Part shown: in pieces, positions 36,963-46,949 of the stretch
Layout of the letters: each line of letters starts with the position of its first letter
Position numbering within the stretch: the first letter of the stretch is position 1
Origin: Candidatus Krumholzibacteriia bacterium
GTDB lineage: Bacteria > Krumholzibacteriota > Krumholzibacteriia > LZORAL124-64-63
DNA: 64,000 bases
Direction of reading: 5' to 3'
Assembly: GCA_041908585.1 (NCBI GenBank)
Contig: JAYRFB010000236.1
Span: forward strand, 8,277-72,276
The notes under the pieces: generated by a model
Told to the model about the DNA's origin: nothing
Databases searched by the model: none
Seen by the model: only the letters and a program-made list of their open reading frames with translations
Program-made: the position numbers and the translations under genes

Positions 36963-37880
36963 ATGAACAGCCGGACCAGACGATGGGCCGTCGTTGCGAT
37001 CGTGCTCGCGGTCGCCGCGGCCAGCGCAATCGTCCACGAGGGCCTGCTGGACATCCGCCGCGGGGAGGCGGCCCGCGCGCCGGCCGCGTCGCCGCCGCAC
37101 GGCGCCGGCGACGACCGCGCGGTGGTGCGTATCGGCGTCGTCTCACGCTTCGCGCCCAACCTCATCTACGCGGGCTACCAGCCGCTCATCGACTACCTCA
37201 ACGCCCATGGCCGGCGGCGCTACGAACTGCGCCCCAGCCGCGACTACCGCGACGCCGTGGAGCGGCTGCGGCGCGGCGAAGTGGCCGCTTCCTTCCTCGG
37301 CGCCTGGATCCTGCGCAGCCTCGGCCCCGCCAGTGGGCTGGAGCCGCTGCTGGGCCCGCTGAACCCGGACGGACGCAGCCGCTTTCACGATGTGCTGATC
37401 GTGCCGCGAGGTTCGGACATCCGCGGCGTCGTCGACCTGGCCGGGCGGCGCGTGGCGCTGCCCTCGGCCGATTCCTGGGCCGGCAACTGGCTGCAGACGA
37501 CCGCCCTGCCCGCGGCGGGCCTGGACGTCGCCGACCTCGATACGATCCGGCACTTCGACCACCACCAGACCGTGGTCTGGCGGGTGCTGCACGGCGAGTT
37601 CGACGCCGGCGTGGTCAAGGAGTCCGTGGCCGCGCGCTACGGAGCGGAGGGACTGCGCGTGGCGGCGCGGTCCGAGCCCATCCCCGGCCCGCCTCTGGTG
37701 GTCCGCGCGGGCGATCGCGATCCCGCGCTGGCGGAAATCCGTGCGCTGCTGCTGGCGCTGAGGCCCGATGATGCGACCGACGCCGAGGTCCTGGCCGGCT
37801 GGACTCTGGAGTTCGCCGGCGGCTTCGGCCCGGTCCACTGGGGGGACTTCGCGGCCACGCCGCCGGAGGCCCGGCCGTGA
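36963..37880 (+). CDS. PhnD-like (phosphate/phosphonate-type) periplasmic substrate-binding domain protein
   Basis: Start MNSRTRRWAVVAIVLAVAAA (anchor). VVRIGVVSRFAPNLIYAGYQPLIDYL...GEVAASFLG...DLAGRRVALPS matches the PhnD/SBP_bac_3-like pattern. Its stop overlaps the kinase start. Confidence 0.75.
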   Translation: MNSRTRRWAVVAIVLAVAAASAIVHEGLLDIRRGEAARAPAASPPHGAGDDRAVVRIGVVSRFAPNLIYAGYQPLIDYLNAHGRRRYELRPSRDYRDAVERLRRGEVAASFLGAWILRSLGPASGLEPLLGPLNPDGRSRFHDVLIVPRGSDIRGVVDLAGRRVALPSADSWAGNWLQTTALPAAGLDVADLDTIRHFDHHQTVVWRVLHGEFDAGVVKESVAARYGAEGLRVAARSEPIPGPPLVVRAGDRDPALAEIRALLLALRPDDATDAEVLAGWTLEFAGGFGPVHWGDFAATPPEARP

Positions 37881-39367
37881 CCCCCCAAGCCCCCGCGCCG
37901 GCCAGCCTGCGCACGCGAATCATGGTCACGGTCGGCGCCATCGTGGTGCTGATCACGATGCTCCTGTCGTGGGGCCTGCTCTACAGCTGGCGCGAGACGC
38001 TGGTCGCGCGCGAGGAGAGCCATGCCGTCGCGGTCAGCCGCGCCTTCTCGGTGGCGGTGATCGACGCCATGGTCTTCGCCGAGATGGACCTGCACCGCTC
38101 CGAGGGTTTCCTCGACAACTACGTCACGCTGTTCATGGCGATGGATCCCCGCCTGCGGTCGCTCACGATCCTTGATCCCGGCGGGCGCATCGTCGCCCGC
38201 AGCTGGGAGCGCGCGGAAGCGCCCTGGGTCTCGGGCGACCGCGACGCGCTCATCGCGACGACCGCGCCCCGCACGCTGATCGCCGAGCAGGACGACGGCC
38301 ACTGGGTCCTGGAAACCGTGCTGCCGATGACCACCGGCGGCCGCCGCTGGGGCACGCTGGTGCTGGGGCTGGAGGCCGATTCCATCCGTGCTTCCATCAA
38401 CCGCAGCTTCGTGCTGCTGGCGCTGCTGACTGCGGCCGTCGCCTCGATCATGCTGCTGCTGCTGTGGCTGATGCTCGGCCGGTTGCTGGGTTCGCTGCGT
38501 TCCCTGGTGCACGCCATGGACGCGGTGGCCGCCGACGGCGCCGCGGCGCCGGCGCTGCCGCCGCGCGCGGACGAGATCGGCGTCCTCTACCGCCACTTCG
38601 ATCACATGCAGAAGCGGCTGGAGGAGTCGCAGCGCGAACTGATCGGCGCCCAGGAACAGGTGTGGCACGCCGAGCGGCTGGCGGCCGTCGGCCGGCTGGC
38701 CTCGGGCATCGCCCACGAGATCAACAACCCCGTCAACGGCATCCGCAACTGCGTGTACGCCATCCGCAACGACCTGGACAACCGCGAGCAGACCCGCGAG
38801 TACTTGGCGATGATGGACGAGGGCCTGTCGCACGTGGCGGACGTCGTGCAGAAACTGTTGGACTTCGCGCGCAAGCAGCAGCCCGGGCGGCAGCCCATGC
38901 GCATCAACGACGCCGTCGGCGCCGTGGCGCGCCTGGTTTCGTTCGATCTCGAGCGCAAGGGCGCGCGGCTGGACCTTGAGCTGGCGCCGGCGCTGCCGCC
39001 GGTGCAGGCCGACCCGCAGCTGATCCGCGAGGTCTGCATGAACCTGCTGCTGAACGCGGTGGACGCGGTCGAGGCCGGCGGGCGGATCCGCGTGGCAACG
39101 CGCGCGGCGGGTCCGGCGCAGGTGGTCCTGGAGGTCGCGGACGACGGCCGGGGCATCCCGGCCGACATGCTCGGGCGCATCTTCGATCCCTTCTTCACCA
39201 CCAAGCGCACCGGCGAGGGCACCGGTCTGGGCCTGTCCATCTGCCTTGGCATTGTGCAGGCGCACGGCGGCTCCATCCGCGTGGCCAGCGAACCCGGCCA
39301 CGGCGCCACCTTCACCATCCTGCTGCCGGTCGACAACGCCGGTGACGAGGCGGGGAGCGAGACATGA
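37877..39367 (+). CDS. Sensor histidine kinase (two TM, periplasmic domain, HAMP-like, HisKA, HATPase_c)
   Basis: 496 aa. The H-box is [12 protein letters not shown], the N-box is NLLLNAVDA, and the G-boxes are DDGRGIP and [10 protein letters not shown]. Confidence 0.9.
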   Translation: MTPQAPAPASLRTRIMVTVGAIVVLITMLLSWGLLYSWRETLVAREESHAVAVSRAFSVAVIDAMVFAEMDLHRSEGFLDNYVTLFMAMDPRLRSLTILDPGGRIVARSWERAEAPWVSGDRDALIATTAPRTLIAEQDDGHWVLETVLPMTTGGRRWGTLVLGLEADSIRASINRSFVLLALLTAAVASIMLLLLWLMLGRLLGSLRSLVHAMDAVAADGAAAPALPPRADEIGVLYRHFDHMQKRLEESQRELIGAQEQVWHAERLAAVGRLASGIAHEINNPVNGIRNCVYAIRNDLDNREQTREYLAMMDEGLSHVADVVQKLLDFARKQQPGRQPMRINDAVGAVARLVSFDLERKGARLDLELAPALPPVQADPQLIREVCMNLLLNAVDAVEAGGRIRVATRAAGPAQVVLEVADDGRGIPADMLGRIFDPFFTTKRTGEGTGLGLSICLGIVQAHGGSIRVASEPGHGATFTILLPVDNAGDEAGSET

Positions 39368-40704
39368 GGATTCTGCTGGTCGAGGACGAGCGCATGACGC
39401 GCGTGGCGCTGACCGGGACGCTGCGCAAGGCCGGCTACGAGGTCACGCCCTGCGCCGACGGCGACGCCGGGCTGGCGGCGCTCAACGCCGGAGCGTTCGA
39501 CATCGTGCTGACGGACCTGAGCCTGCCGGGCGCCGACGGACTGGCCATCCTGGCACGCGCGAAGCAGACCAGCCCCGACACCAAGGTGGTGATCATGACC
39601 GCCTACGCGTCGACGGAGACGGCGGTGGCGGCGCTGCGCCAGGGCGCCTATGACTACCTGACCAAGCCGTTCCAGCCGGAGGACCTGCTCAACCGCGTCG
39701 GCCACCTGGCGCGGCTGCGCACGGTCGAACTGGAGAACCGCGCGCTGAAGCGACACCTGACCGGACTGGCCGAGCGGCCGATCATCGGCGGTTCGCGCGC
39801 CATGGAACAGGTGCGACGCACGATCGAGACCATCGCCCCGGGCGACCACACGGTGCTGATCCTGGGCGCCAGCGGCACCGGCAAGGAACTGGCCGCGCGC
39901 GCGATCCACGACCGCTCCGCGCGGGCCGCAGGCCCGTTCGTGGCCATCAACTGCGCTGCCATCCCCGAGACGCTACTGGAGAGCGAGCTGTTCGGCCACC
40001 GCCGCGGCGCCTTCACCGGCGCCGAACGCGACCACGCCGGCTACTTCGCGCGCGCGCAGGGCGGGACGCTGTTCATCGACGACATCGACGACCTGCCGCT
40101 GGGCATCCAGGTCAAGCTGCTGCGCGTGATCCAGGAGCGCGAGATCGAGCCGGTGGGCGCCGGGCGGTCCGTGACGATCGATATCCGTCTGATCACCGCC
40201 ACGAAGGCGGATCTGGCGCGGCTTGTTGCCGAGCGTCGCTTCCGCGAGGACCTCTACTACCGCCTGAACGTGATCCCGCTGCGGCTGCCCGAGCTGCGCG
40301 AGCGCCGGGAGGACATCCCGGCGCTGGTGGAGCATTTCGTGGGCCGGCGCGGCCGTGTCGACGACCTCCTGCTGGACCGGGAGCGCTTCGCCGTGCTGAT
40401 GGCCCACGACTGGCCGGGCAACGTGCGCGAACTGGAGAACGTGGTCGAGCGCATGCTGGCGCTGCCCGGCATTCCGGTGCACGAGCTGTTCGACGCCCCC
40501 CTGCGGCGGCCCGCCGGCGCTCCCGTCGGCGCCACCCTGGACGGCGGCGTCGAATTGCCCAGCTACGTGACGTACATGCAGGATTGCGAGGACCGGCTCC
40601 TGCGGGACGTGATGGTCCGCTCGGGCGGCAACATCTCGGCCGCGGCGAAGCTGCTGGGGCTCCCGCGCTCGACGCTGCGCAGCAAGCTGGAGAAGCGCGG
40701 CTGA
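39364..40704 (+). CDS. Sigma-54-dependent response regulator, NtrC family
   Basis: 446 aa with a receiver domain (VLTDLSLPGADG). The AAA+ domain has GASGTGKE and the sigma-54 contact loop GAFTGA. A C-terminal Fis-type HTH is present (AAAKLLGLPRSTLRSKL). Confidence 0.95.
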   Translation: MRILLVEDERMTRVALTGTLRKAGYEVTPCADGDAGLAALNAGAFDIVLTDLSLPGADGLAILARAKQTSPDTKVVIMTAYASTETAVAALRQGAYDYLTKPFQPEDLLNRVGHLARLRTVELENRALKRHLTGLAERPIIGGSRAMEQVRRTIETIAPGDHTVLILGASGTGKELAARAIHDRSARAAGPFVAINCAAIPETLLESELFGHRRGAFTGAERDHAGYFARAQGGTLFIDDIDDLPLGIQVKLLRVIQEREIEPVGAGRSVTIDIRLITATKADLARLVAERRFREDLYYRLNVIPLRLPELRERREDIPALVEHFVGRRGRVDDLLLDRERFAVLMAHDWPGNVRELENVVERMLALPGIPVHELFDAPLRRPAGAPVGATLDGGVELPSYVTYMQDCEDRLLRDVMVRSGGNISAAAKLLGLPRSTLRSKLEKRG

Positions 40705-40742
40705 GCGCCGGGGCGCGGCCGGATCCGGCGGATCGGCTATGA

Positions 40743-40760
40743 TATAAGTCGGGGCTTATA
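40743..40760. promoter_or_regulatory. AT-rich inverted repeat TATAAG-N6-CTTATA between the regulator gene and the CYTH-like/SulP genes
   Basis: Read directly. It sits in a local AT-rich patch (40735..40790) of an otherwise GC-rich spacer. Function unknown. Confidence 0.3.
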
Positions 40761-40893
40761 GATATGACTGAAACGATTGATTGGACGTTCTGCCTGGGGC
40801 GCCGATATCGTGGCGGGGTGCGCCAGAATCGCCTACGCGCACACGCCGCCCTTTACATGACCGGACCCGCCCGCAACCGCAAGGAGCCCGCTG

Positions 40894-41532
40894 ATGAACG
40901 ACGTCTTCGCGAAGAACCGCGCCACGTCGGCTGACGAGGCCGCGAAGATCACGCCGCGCGCCGAGTTCCGCGTCTTCGGCCAAGGGGTCATCGAGACGGT
41001 TCGCGCGCACATGTACAACGGCAAGACGGTGCTTTACCAGGCGCGCCGCATGCCGGTGGAGACCTATTTCCTCTCGGTCAACACCGACGAGGCGAACGTG
41101 AAGGTCCGCGACGGCCTGCTGGACATCAAGACGAAGGTGGGCGAGACGCCCGATGGCTACGAGATCTTCCAGCCGCGCGGCAAGTTCCAGTTCCCGGTGC
41201 CGGCGGCCGAACTGGCGAAGATCCTCGGACACCTGAAGGTGGCGATGACGCTGGACCGCGAGATGTACGAGATCGACGCCTTCATCGCGCTGGCGCGCCG
41301 CCACCCCGAGATGCGCGTGGTGTCGGTTGAGAAGATGCGCTACGGCTTCACCGTCGACGGCATCATCTGCGAGTATGCGCAGGTGTGGTTCAACGGCGCC
41401 CTGCTGGAGACGGCCTGCGCCGAGAGCGAGAACTACGCGGGCATGAAGGACGTCATCGAAGGCCTGGGCATCGCCGCCATGCCGAACACGAACTACCTGC
41501 GCGCTGCGAAGCACGTCGTCGGACTTTACTGA
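40894..41532 (+). CDS. Hypothetical protein with degenerate CYTH-like topology
   Basis: 212 aa. By eye it aligns to CYTH strands: AEFRVFG vs EIERKF, VKVRDGLLDIKTKV, and VEKMRYGFTVDGIICEYAQVWFNGALLETACAES vs VEKTRY...ELD...EVE. The acidic/lysine catalytic residues are largely replaced. Confidence 0.6.
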   Translation: MNDVFAKNRATSADEAAKITPRAEFRVFGQGVIETVRAHMYNGKTVLYQARRMPVETYFLSVNTDEANVKVRDGLLDIKTKVGETPDGYEIFQPRGKFQFPVPAAELAKILGHLKVAMTLDREMYEIDAFIALARRHPEMRVVSVEKMRYGFTVDGIICEYAQVWFNGALLETACAESENYAGMKDVIEGLGIAAMPNTNYLRAAKHVVGLY

Positions 41533-41541
41533 GCGGTCGGC

Positions 41542-43788
41542 GTGGTCGCGACGCACCACCAGGACAAACGGCCCGTCGCGCGGGCGAGCGCGGCGGGCCG
41601 ACGACTGCCGGCCCGCGGTGACGCGTGGGGCGGTCTGGCGGCGATGCTCGTCGCGCTGCCCGCCGCCATCGCCTTCGGCGTGTCGGTCTACACGGTGCTG
41701 GGGCCGGGCTTTGCCGGCCACGGCGCGCTGGCGGGCCTGGTCGGCGTCGCGCTGATGGGCATGGTCGCAGCCTGGCTCGGGGGCACCGAGCGACTGGTCA
41801 GCGCGCCGTGCGCGCCGGCGGCCGCCGTGCTCTCGGCGTTCGCGGCCCAGATGCTGCGCGATGGAGCAGAGCCGCGCGCGATCATCCTCTGCCTGCTCCT
41901 GGTCGGCGCGCTGGGCGGGCTGATCCAGGTCGTGTTCGGGCTGGTCGGCCTCGGGCGTCTCATCCGTTACATCCCCTATCCCGTGGTCAGCGGCTACCTG
42001 ACCGGCGTGGGGCTGATCATCATCGGCGCGCAGATCCCGGCGCTGCTGGGCGCGCCGGCCGACCTGGGCTGGCAACAGGCGCTGGCTGCGCCCGGAGCCT
42101 GGGACGCGCGCGCGCTGGTGGTCGCCGCCGCGACCATCGCCGGCGCCTGGCTGGGGCCGCGCCTGACGCGGCAGGTGCCGGGCACGGTGTTCGGCATCGC
42201 CGCGGGCATCGGCAGCTACTTCCTGCTGGCCCTCGGCGACGGCGCGCTGCTGACCCTGGCGGACAACCCGCTGCTGGTTGGGCCGCTGCAGGCCAGGGCC
42301 GCCGGCCTCCCGGTGCCCGAACCTGCGCAGTGGCGGGCGCTGGCGGCGCTGGACGGCGCGCAGGTGGCGGCCGTCCTGGGCAACGCGGTCATCCTGGCGG
42401 CGCTGCTCTCCATCGACACCCTGAAGACCTGCGTGGTGCTGGACAAGCTGACGCGCAGCCGCCACGACCCCGACCGCGAACTGCGCGGCCAGGGCGCGGC
42501 CAACCTGGCGACCGCGGCCTGCGGGGGCCTGGCCGGCGCCGGCACCATGGGCGCGACGCTGGTGGCCCTCAACAGCGGCGCCGCGACGCGGCGCGCCGGC
42601 CTGCTGGCGGGCGCATTCGCGCTGGTGGCGGCGGTGGCCGTGGGCTCGCTCATCGGCTGGATCCCGGTGGCCGCGCTGGCGGCGATCCTGGTGACGATCG
42701 GTGTGCGCATGATCGACCGCGAGGCGCTCGGCTATGCGCGCGCGCGGGCCACGTTCCTCGATTTCTGCGTCGTTCTGACGGTGGTGGCCGTGGCCATCGG
42801 CGTCGGGCTGATCATGGCGTCGGCGGTGGGCGTGGGCCTGGCGATGATCCTGTTCGTGCGCGAGCAGAGCGGCGGCTCGCCGGTGCGCCACAAGCTGGAA
42901 CTGGACCGCACGTCGTCGACCTGGCACCGGCCGACGCGGGAAGTCGAGTACCTTGCCACGCGCGCGCCCGACTGCGTGGTGTTCGAGCTGCAGGGCGCCC
43001 TGTTCTTCGGCAACACCTACCGCCTGTACAATGACCTGGCGCGCGAGGCGGTCGCGCGGCGCTTCGTCATCATCGACTTCCGGCGCGTGCCGTCCATCGA
43101 CGTGACGGCGATCGAGATACTCCTGCAGGTCCGCGCCGCCATCCGCGAGCGCGGCGCCACGCTGGTGCTCTGCGGCACCAGCGGTCGCTCGGGGCGCGCG
43201 CGCACGCTGTCGTACCTGGTCGAGCGGCTGGCCGCGGACCGGAACGGCGACGGCACGGTCGTGGTCCTGCCGGACCTGGACGGCGCCGTTGCGTGGGTGG
43301 AGAACCGCATCCTGGCCGACGCGGAAGTCGGCGCCGACGCCCACGCGCCGATTCCCGTCCACGATCTGGAGCTGTTCGCGGGCTATCGCGACGACACGCT
43401 GGCCGACCTGGAGCAGCTTCTTGAGATCCGCGCCTTCGCTGCCGGCAGCACGATCTATGAGCGCGGGTCCGACGGGGCGGAACTGTTCTGGGTGCGGCGC
43501 GGCGCGGTGAGCCTGCTGGCGACCGTCGGCGCGAAGCCCGAACGCCAGGTGGCCGGGTTCGGCCGCGGCGATTTCTTCGGCGCGCGGTCGTTCCTGGACC
43601 GCAAGCAGCGCCCGAGCCGCGCCGTGGCGATGGTCGACACCGAGGTCTACGTGCTGACGCGGACGGCCTTCGAGGAAATCGCGCGCTCGCACCGCACGCT
43701 GGCCCTGAACCTCGCCTGGGCGATGGCGCGCGCGCTGGCCTCGCGCATGCGCCGCGCGGAAGAGCGCCTCGCCGCGCTCAGCGAGTAG
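41542..43788 (+). CDS. SulP-family anion transporter with STAS and C-terminal cyclic-nucleotide-binding domain
   Basis: 748 aa. The SulP N-terminus is GGLAAMLVALPAAIAFGVS. It is polytopic. The STAS region reads CVVFELQGALFFGN and VIIDFRRVPSIDVTA. The cNMP fold reads GFGRGDFFGARSFL. Confidence 0.85.
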   Translation: MVATHHQDKRPVARASAAGRRLPARGDAWGGLAAMLVALPAAIAFGVSVYTVLGPGFAGHGALAGLVGVALMGMVAAWLGGTERLVSAPCAPAAAVLSAFAAQMLRDGAEPRAIILCLLLVGALGGLIQVVFGLVGLGRLIRYIPYPVVSGYLTGVGLIIIGAQIPALLGAPADLGWQQALAAPGAWDARALVVAAATIAGAWLGPRLTRQVPGTVFGIAAGIGSYFLLALGDGALLTLADNPLLVGPLQARAAGLPVPEPAQWRALAALDGAQVAAVLGNAVILAALLSIDTLKTCVVLDKLTRSRHDPDRELRGQGAANLATAACGGLAGAGTMGATLVALNSGAATRRAGLLAGAFALVAAVAVGSLIGWIPVAALAAILVTIGVRMIDREALGYARARATFLDFCVVLTVVAVAIGVGLIMASAVGVGLAMILFVREQSGGSPVRHKLELDRTSSTWHRPTREVEYLATRAPDCVVFELQGALFFGNTYRLYNDLAREAVARRFVIIDFRRVPSIDVTAIEILLQVRAAIRERGATLVLCGTSGRSGRARTLSYLVERLAADRNGDGTVVVLPDLDGAVAWVENRILADAEVGADAHAPIPVHDLELFAGYRDDTLADLEQLLEIRAFAAGSTIYERGSDGAELFWVRRGAVSLLATVGAKPERQVAGFGRGDFFGARSFLDRKQRPSRAVAMVDTEVYVLTRTAFEEIARSHRTLALNLAWAMARALASRMRRAEERLAALSE

Positions 43789-43810
43789 CGCCGCCGAGCC
43801 AGGTGGCGGG

Positions 43811-44719
43811 TCAGGCCTCCGCCGGCTGCGGCCAGGCTCCTGCCGCCAGCTCCATGAACGCCGCGCACGCCGGGGACGGTGTCCGTCCGCGCGGCCAGCA
43901 GAGCGCGATCCGCCGCTCCAGGTCCAGCCCCGCCACGCGCACCGCGCGCAGCCGGCCATCGTCCAGCTCGCGCTGCACCGCGAAGCGCGAGACCACCGAG
44001 ATGCCCAGTCCCGCCTCCACCGCGCGCTTGACCGCGCCCACGTTGCCCAGTTCGAGGACCGACTCCAGGCGTATGCCCTCGGCCGAAAGCTGCTCGATGA
44101 GGCTGCGCGAACTGGCCGAGTCCAGGCGCGGCAGCAGGAACGGCAGCCGCGCCAGGCTGGCCGCCGGCACGCTGGGCAGCTCGGCCAGCACATGTCCGCG
44201 CGGGACGATCACCAGCAGCTCGTCGCGGCGCACCGGCCGCCGCTCCAGGCGCGGGTCATCGCCCAGCGCCCCCTCGCCGACCAGGCCCACGTCCAGTTCA
44301 CCGTCGGCCACCATCTCGCCGATGCGCCGCGCCGGCTCCACGCGCACCGCCAACTCGACGCCCGGGTGGTCGCGCCGGAACGCAGCCAGCAGCCCCGGCA
44401 GGATGTAGACGCCCACGACCTGGCTGGCCCCGATGCGCAGCATCCCCGTCTGGGCGCCGGCCAGGTCGCGCAGCTCCTGCGTGAGCGAGTCCACCCGGGC
44501 CAGGATCTCGTCGGTCGCCGCCAGCAGCGCCTCGCCCGACGGCGTCAGCGCGACGCGCCGGCCCAGGCGGTCGAAGAAGCGCGCCCCGAGCGTGCGCTCG
44601 AGCGTCGCGATCTGCGCGCTGACCGCCGGCTGCGTCAGGTTCAGCTCGAGCGCCGCGCGCGAGAAGCTGCGCAGGCGGGCCACCGCCTGGAACGTGCGCA
44701 GCTGGGCCATGGTGAGCAT
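43811..44719 (-). CDS. LysR-family transcriptional regulator
   Basis: 302 aa. The N-terminal wHTH is LRTFQAVARLRSFSRAALELNLTQPAVSAQIATLE. Confidence 0.9.
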   Translation of the reverse strand: MLTMAQLRTFQAVARLRSFSRAALELNLTQPAVSAQIATLERTLGARFFDRLGRRVALTPSGEALLAATDEILARVDSLTQELRDLAGAQTGMLRIGASQVVGVYILPGLLAAFRRDHPGVELAVRVEPARRIGEMVADGELDVGLVGEGALGDDPRLERRPVRRDELLVIVPRGHVLAELPSVPAASLARLPFLLPRLDSASSRSLIEQLSAEGIRLESVLELGNVGAVKRAVEAGLGISVVSRFAVQRELDDGRLRAVRVAGLDLERRIALCWPRGRTPSPACAAFMELAAGAWPQPAEA

Positions 44720-44773
44720 GCCTCGGGCCCCCGTGGGTTCGCTGTTCCGCGGCGGCTCCCGCCGCCCGGGAAG

Positions 44774-45844
44774 TCAGGAATGCGCCGCCGGCCGCCGCCG
44801 ATCCGCCACCAGCGACGCGACCACGCCCACCATCAGGATCCCCAGCACCACCAGCAGCAGCACCTGGTTGAAGTTCTTGCCCAGGTACTGCTTGAGCCAG
44901 CTCGCGGTCAGCATCTTGACGCCGACCACCAGGAGCACGAACGCCAGCGAGACCTTCAGGTAGCGGAACTTGTGCACGGCGCCGGCCAGCGCGAAGTACA
45001 GCGAGCGCAGGCCCAGGATGGCGAACACGTTGCTGGTGAAGACCAGGAACGGGTCGCCGGTGATGGCGAAGATGGCCGGGATCGAATCGACCGCGAAGAT
45101 CAGGTCGGTCGTCTCGACCATCACCAGCGCCAGCGCCAGCGGCGTCAGCAGCAGCGTGCCGGGCTTCGCCTTCTCCACGGCCTCGTCGCGCAGGACGGCG
45201 GCGCCCGGCGTCTCGGCCTCGTGCGAGGCGGCCGTGCCCGCGCGCACCACGAAGTGCTCGCCGTGGAAGCGCTCGGTGACCGGGAACAATCGCCGCGTCA
45301 ATCGCACCACCGCGTTCTGCCCGGGATCGCCGTGCTCGCTCTTCATGAACAGCATCTTCAGCGCCGTGAGTATGAGGAACGCCGCGAACACGTACAGGAT
45401 CCAGTGGAACTCGTGGATCAGCTTCGCGCCGATGCCGATCATGGCGCCGCGCATGACCAGCGCCCCGATGATGCCCCAGAACAGCACCCGGTGCTGGTAG
45501 ATGGCCGGCACGCCGAAGAAGCTGAAGATCATGACGATGACGAAGATGTTGTCGACGCTGAGCGATTTCTCCACCACGTAGCCGGTCAGGTACTTGCCCA
45601 GCGCGCTGGCGCCGTCGTTGGGCAGCCCGTCGACGATGTCGATCCCCAGTCCCAGCCCGAACCAGTGCGCGTCGTAGGCCACCTTGACGAACCCGCCGAA
45701 CGACAGCCCCAGCGCGATCCAGACGGCCGACCAGCCCAAGGCCTCGCGCACGCCGATGACGTGGGACTTGCGGTGGAAGACGCCGAGGTCCAGGGCCAGG
45801 AGCAGCAGGACGAAGGCGATGAAGCCGGTCCACATCCAGATCAT
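44774..45844 (-). CDS. TerC/Alx-family integral membrane protein
   Basis: 356 aa. Family-typical segments are GKYLTGYVVEKSLSVDNIFVIVMIF and AVDSIPAIFAITGDPFLVFTSNVFAILGLRSLYF. Confidence 0.9.
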   Translation of the reverse strand: MIWMWTGFIAFVLLLLALDLGVFHRKSHVIGVREALGWSAVWIALGLSFGGFVKVAYDAHWFGLGLGIDIVDGLPNDGASALGKYLTGYVVEKSLSVDNIFVIVMIFSFFGVPAIYQHRVLFWGIIGALVMRGAMIGIGAKLIHEFHWILYVFAAFLILTALKMLFMKSEHGDPGQNAVVRLTRRLFPVTERFHGEHFVVRAGTAASHEAETPGAAVLRDEAVEKAKPGTLLLTPLALALVMVETTDLIFAVDSIPAIFAITGDPFLVFTSNVFAILGLRSLYFALAGAVHKFRYLKVSLAFVLLVVGVKMLTASWLKQYLGKNFNQVLLLVVLGILMVGVVASLVADRRRPAAHS

Positions 45845-45932
45845 GGGTGAGGGCCTTTCGGGGGGTGACGCCGTTCAGCAGGGCGCACCATTTATACAGT
45901 GTATCGGGTTGCGCGGCCAGTGGCGGGCACGA

Positions 45933-46544
45933 TCAGATGTACTTGCGATACAGGCCCAGCTCTTCCATCCGGTAGGCGATGGTGCGCTCGTTGGCATTCA
46001 TTCTCCTGGCGATCTCCCGGAAGATCGTCGGCCACTCGACTTCCAGGAGCGGAGTCAGTTCGATGCCATGAGCCTTGACAATCCCAACGACATCGTCCGC
46101 CGTCGCCTCGAGCAGGCGCCCGGGAGCGATCAGGGCGCCCGCGAACAAATGGGCCTGGGACTCAAGCCTGCCATATGCCGCGGTGCCGATCCTGCGACGA
46201 AAGGCCTCGAATTCGGCGCGGGTCCTGTGTGTGGCTGCGGCAAACACCTGCCGATGCAGAACAAGATGGCCAACCTCATGCGCAAGCGTGTAGTTGTACC
46301 AGGCGGGATCGCGGAGAGTGATCTCCCGATCAACGAAGACCTGCCTGCAACCCCCCGCCACGAAGGCGTGCACCGAAGTGGTCCGGTAGAGTTCATCGGC
46401 GACGACGATCTCGATGTCGAAGATGGACTCGAGGACGTAATCGGCCTCAACGGGCGCGTCGCCGAGTTCGTGCTCATCGAGCAGAGCTTCCGCGCGGGCA
46501 AAGATGTCATCCTTGGTGATCCACGGAACGTCGATGGGATCCAA
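45933..46544 (-). CDS. ImmA/IrrE-family zinc metallopeptidase (COG2856-like)
   Basis: 203 aa. The HEXXH motif is in YTLAHEVGHLVLH. It lies 1 nt after the XRE gene. Its G/C-ending codon bias is lower than in core genes. Confidence 0.85.
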   Translation of the reverse strand: MDPIDVPWITKDDIFARAEALLDEHELGDAPVEADYVLESIFDIEIVVADELYRTTSVHAFVAGGCRQVFVDREITLRDPAWYNYTLAHEVGHLVLHRQVFAAATHRTRAEFEAFRRRIGTAAYGRLESQAHLFAGALIAPGRLLEATADDVVGIVKAHGIELTPLLEVEWPTIFREIARRMNANERTIAYRMEELGLYRKYI

Positions 46545-46545
46545 A

Positions 46546-46902
46546 TCAGGACCTCTTGATGATCTCGATCAACTTGTCGACTGTCTCGTCACCGACCTTT
46601 TCGCCGCGGATGCTGCGCATCACCGCCGGCAGGAGCTCCATCGCCTGCTCGTCGGTGAGGAGATCCGGCGGGATCGTTCCGGCTTCGACGTGCCCAAGGT
46701 CAAGGAACGCTGACTTCTCAGAGCCCTCGAGCCCAAGTGCCTCGGCGAGCCGGGACCGGAATTCCTCGCCGGGCAGCTTGATACGGCCGCGCTCGATCTT
46801 GGAGATCAGCGCCGGATCGAAGTCGTTCTCCACGCAGAATCTCCGGAGCCCCATCCCTCGGGCCAGTCGTGCCTCCCTGCACCTCTCGCCGAATTTCGAC
46901 AT
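46546..46902 (-). CDS. XRE-family helix-turn-helix transcriptional regulator
   Basis: 118 aa. FGERCREARLARGMGLRRFCVENDFDPALISKIERG is a Cro/C1-type HTH. It lies upstream of the ImmA-like gene. Confidence 0.85.
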   Translation of the reverse strand: MSKFGERCREARLARGMGLRRFCVENDFDPALISKIERGRIKLPGEEFRSRLAEALGLEGSEKSAFLDLGHVEAGTIPPDLLTDEQAMELLPAVMRSIRGEKVGDETVDKLIEIIKRS

Positions 46903-46949
46903 GGCTGTCCCCTTCCCCTTATGATGCCGATGGCCACGTCGTCGGCATC

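Noticed and set aside
40705-40893. Expected a second sigma-54 promoter in front of the CYTH-like/SulP genes, downstream of the NtrC-type regulator.
   Set aside because: No GG-N10-GC arrangement with acceptable flanks is present (TTGGACGTTCTGCC has the wrong spacing). Only an AT-rich inverted repeat of unknown role is present.
45845-45932. Possible yybP-ykoY (manganese) riboswitch upstream of the TerC/Alx-family gene.
   Set aside because: Only 88 nt separate it from the upstream gene. I could not find the conserved riboswitch cores. It would need an Infernal scan to exclude formally.
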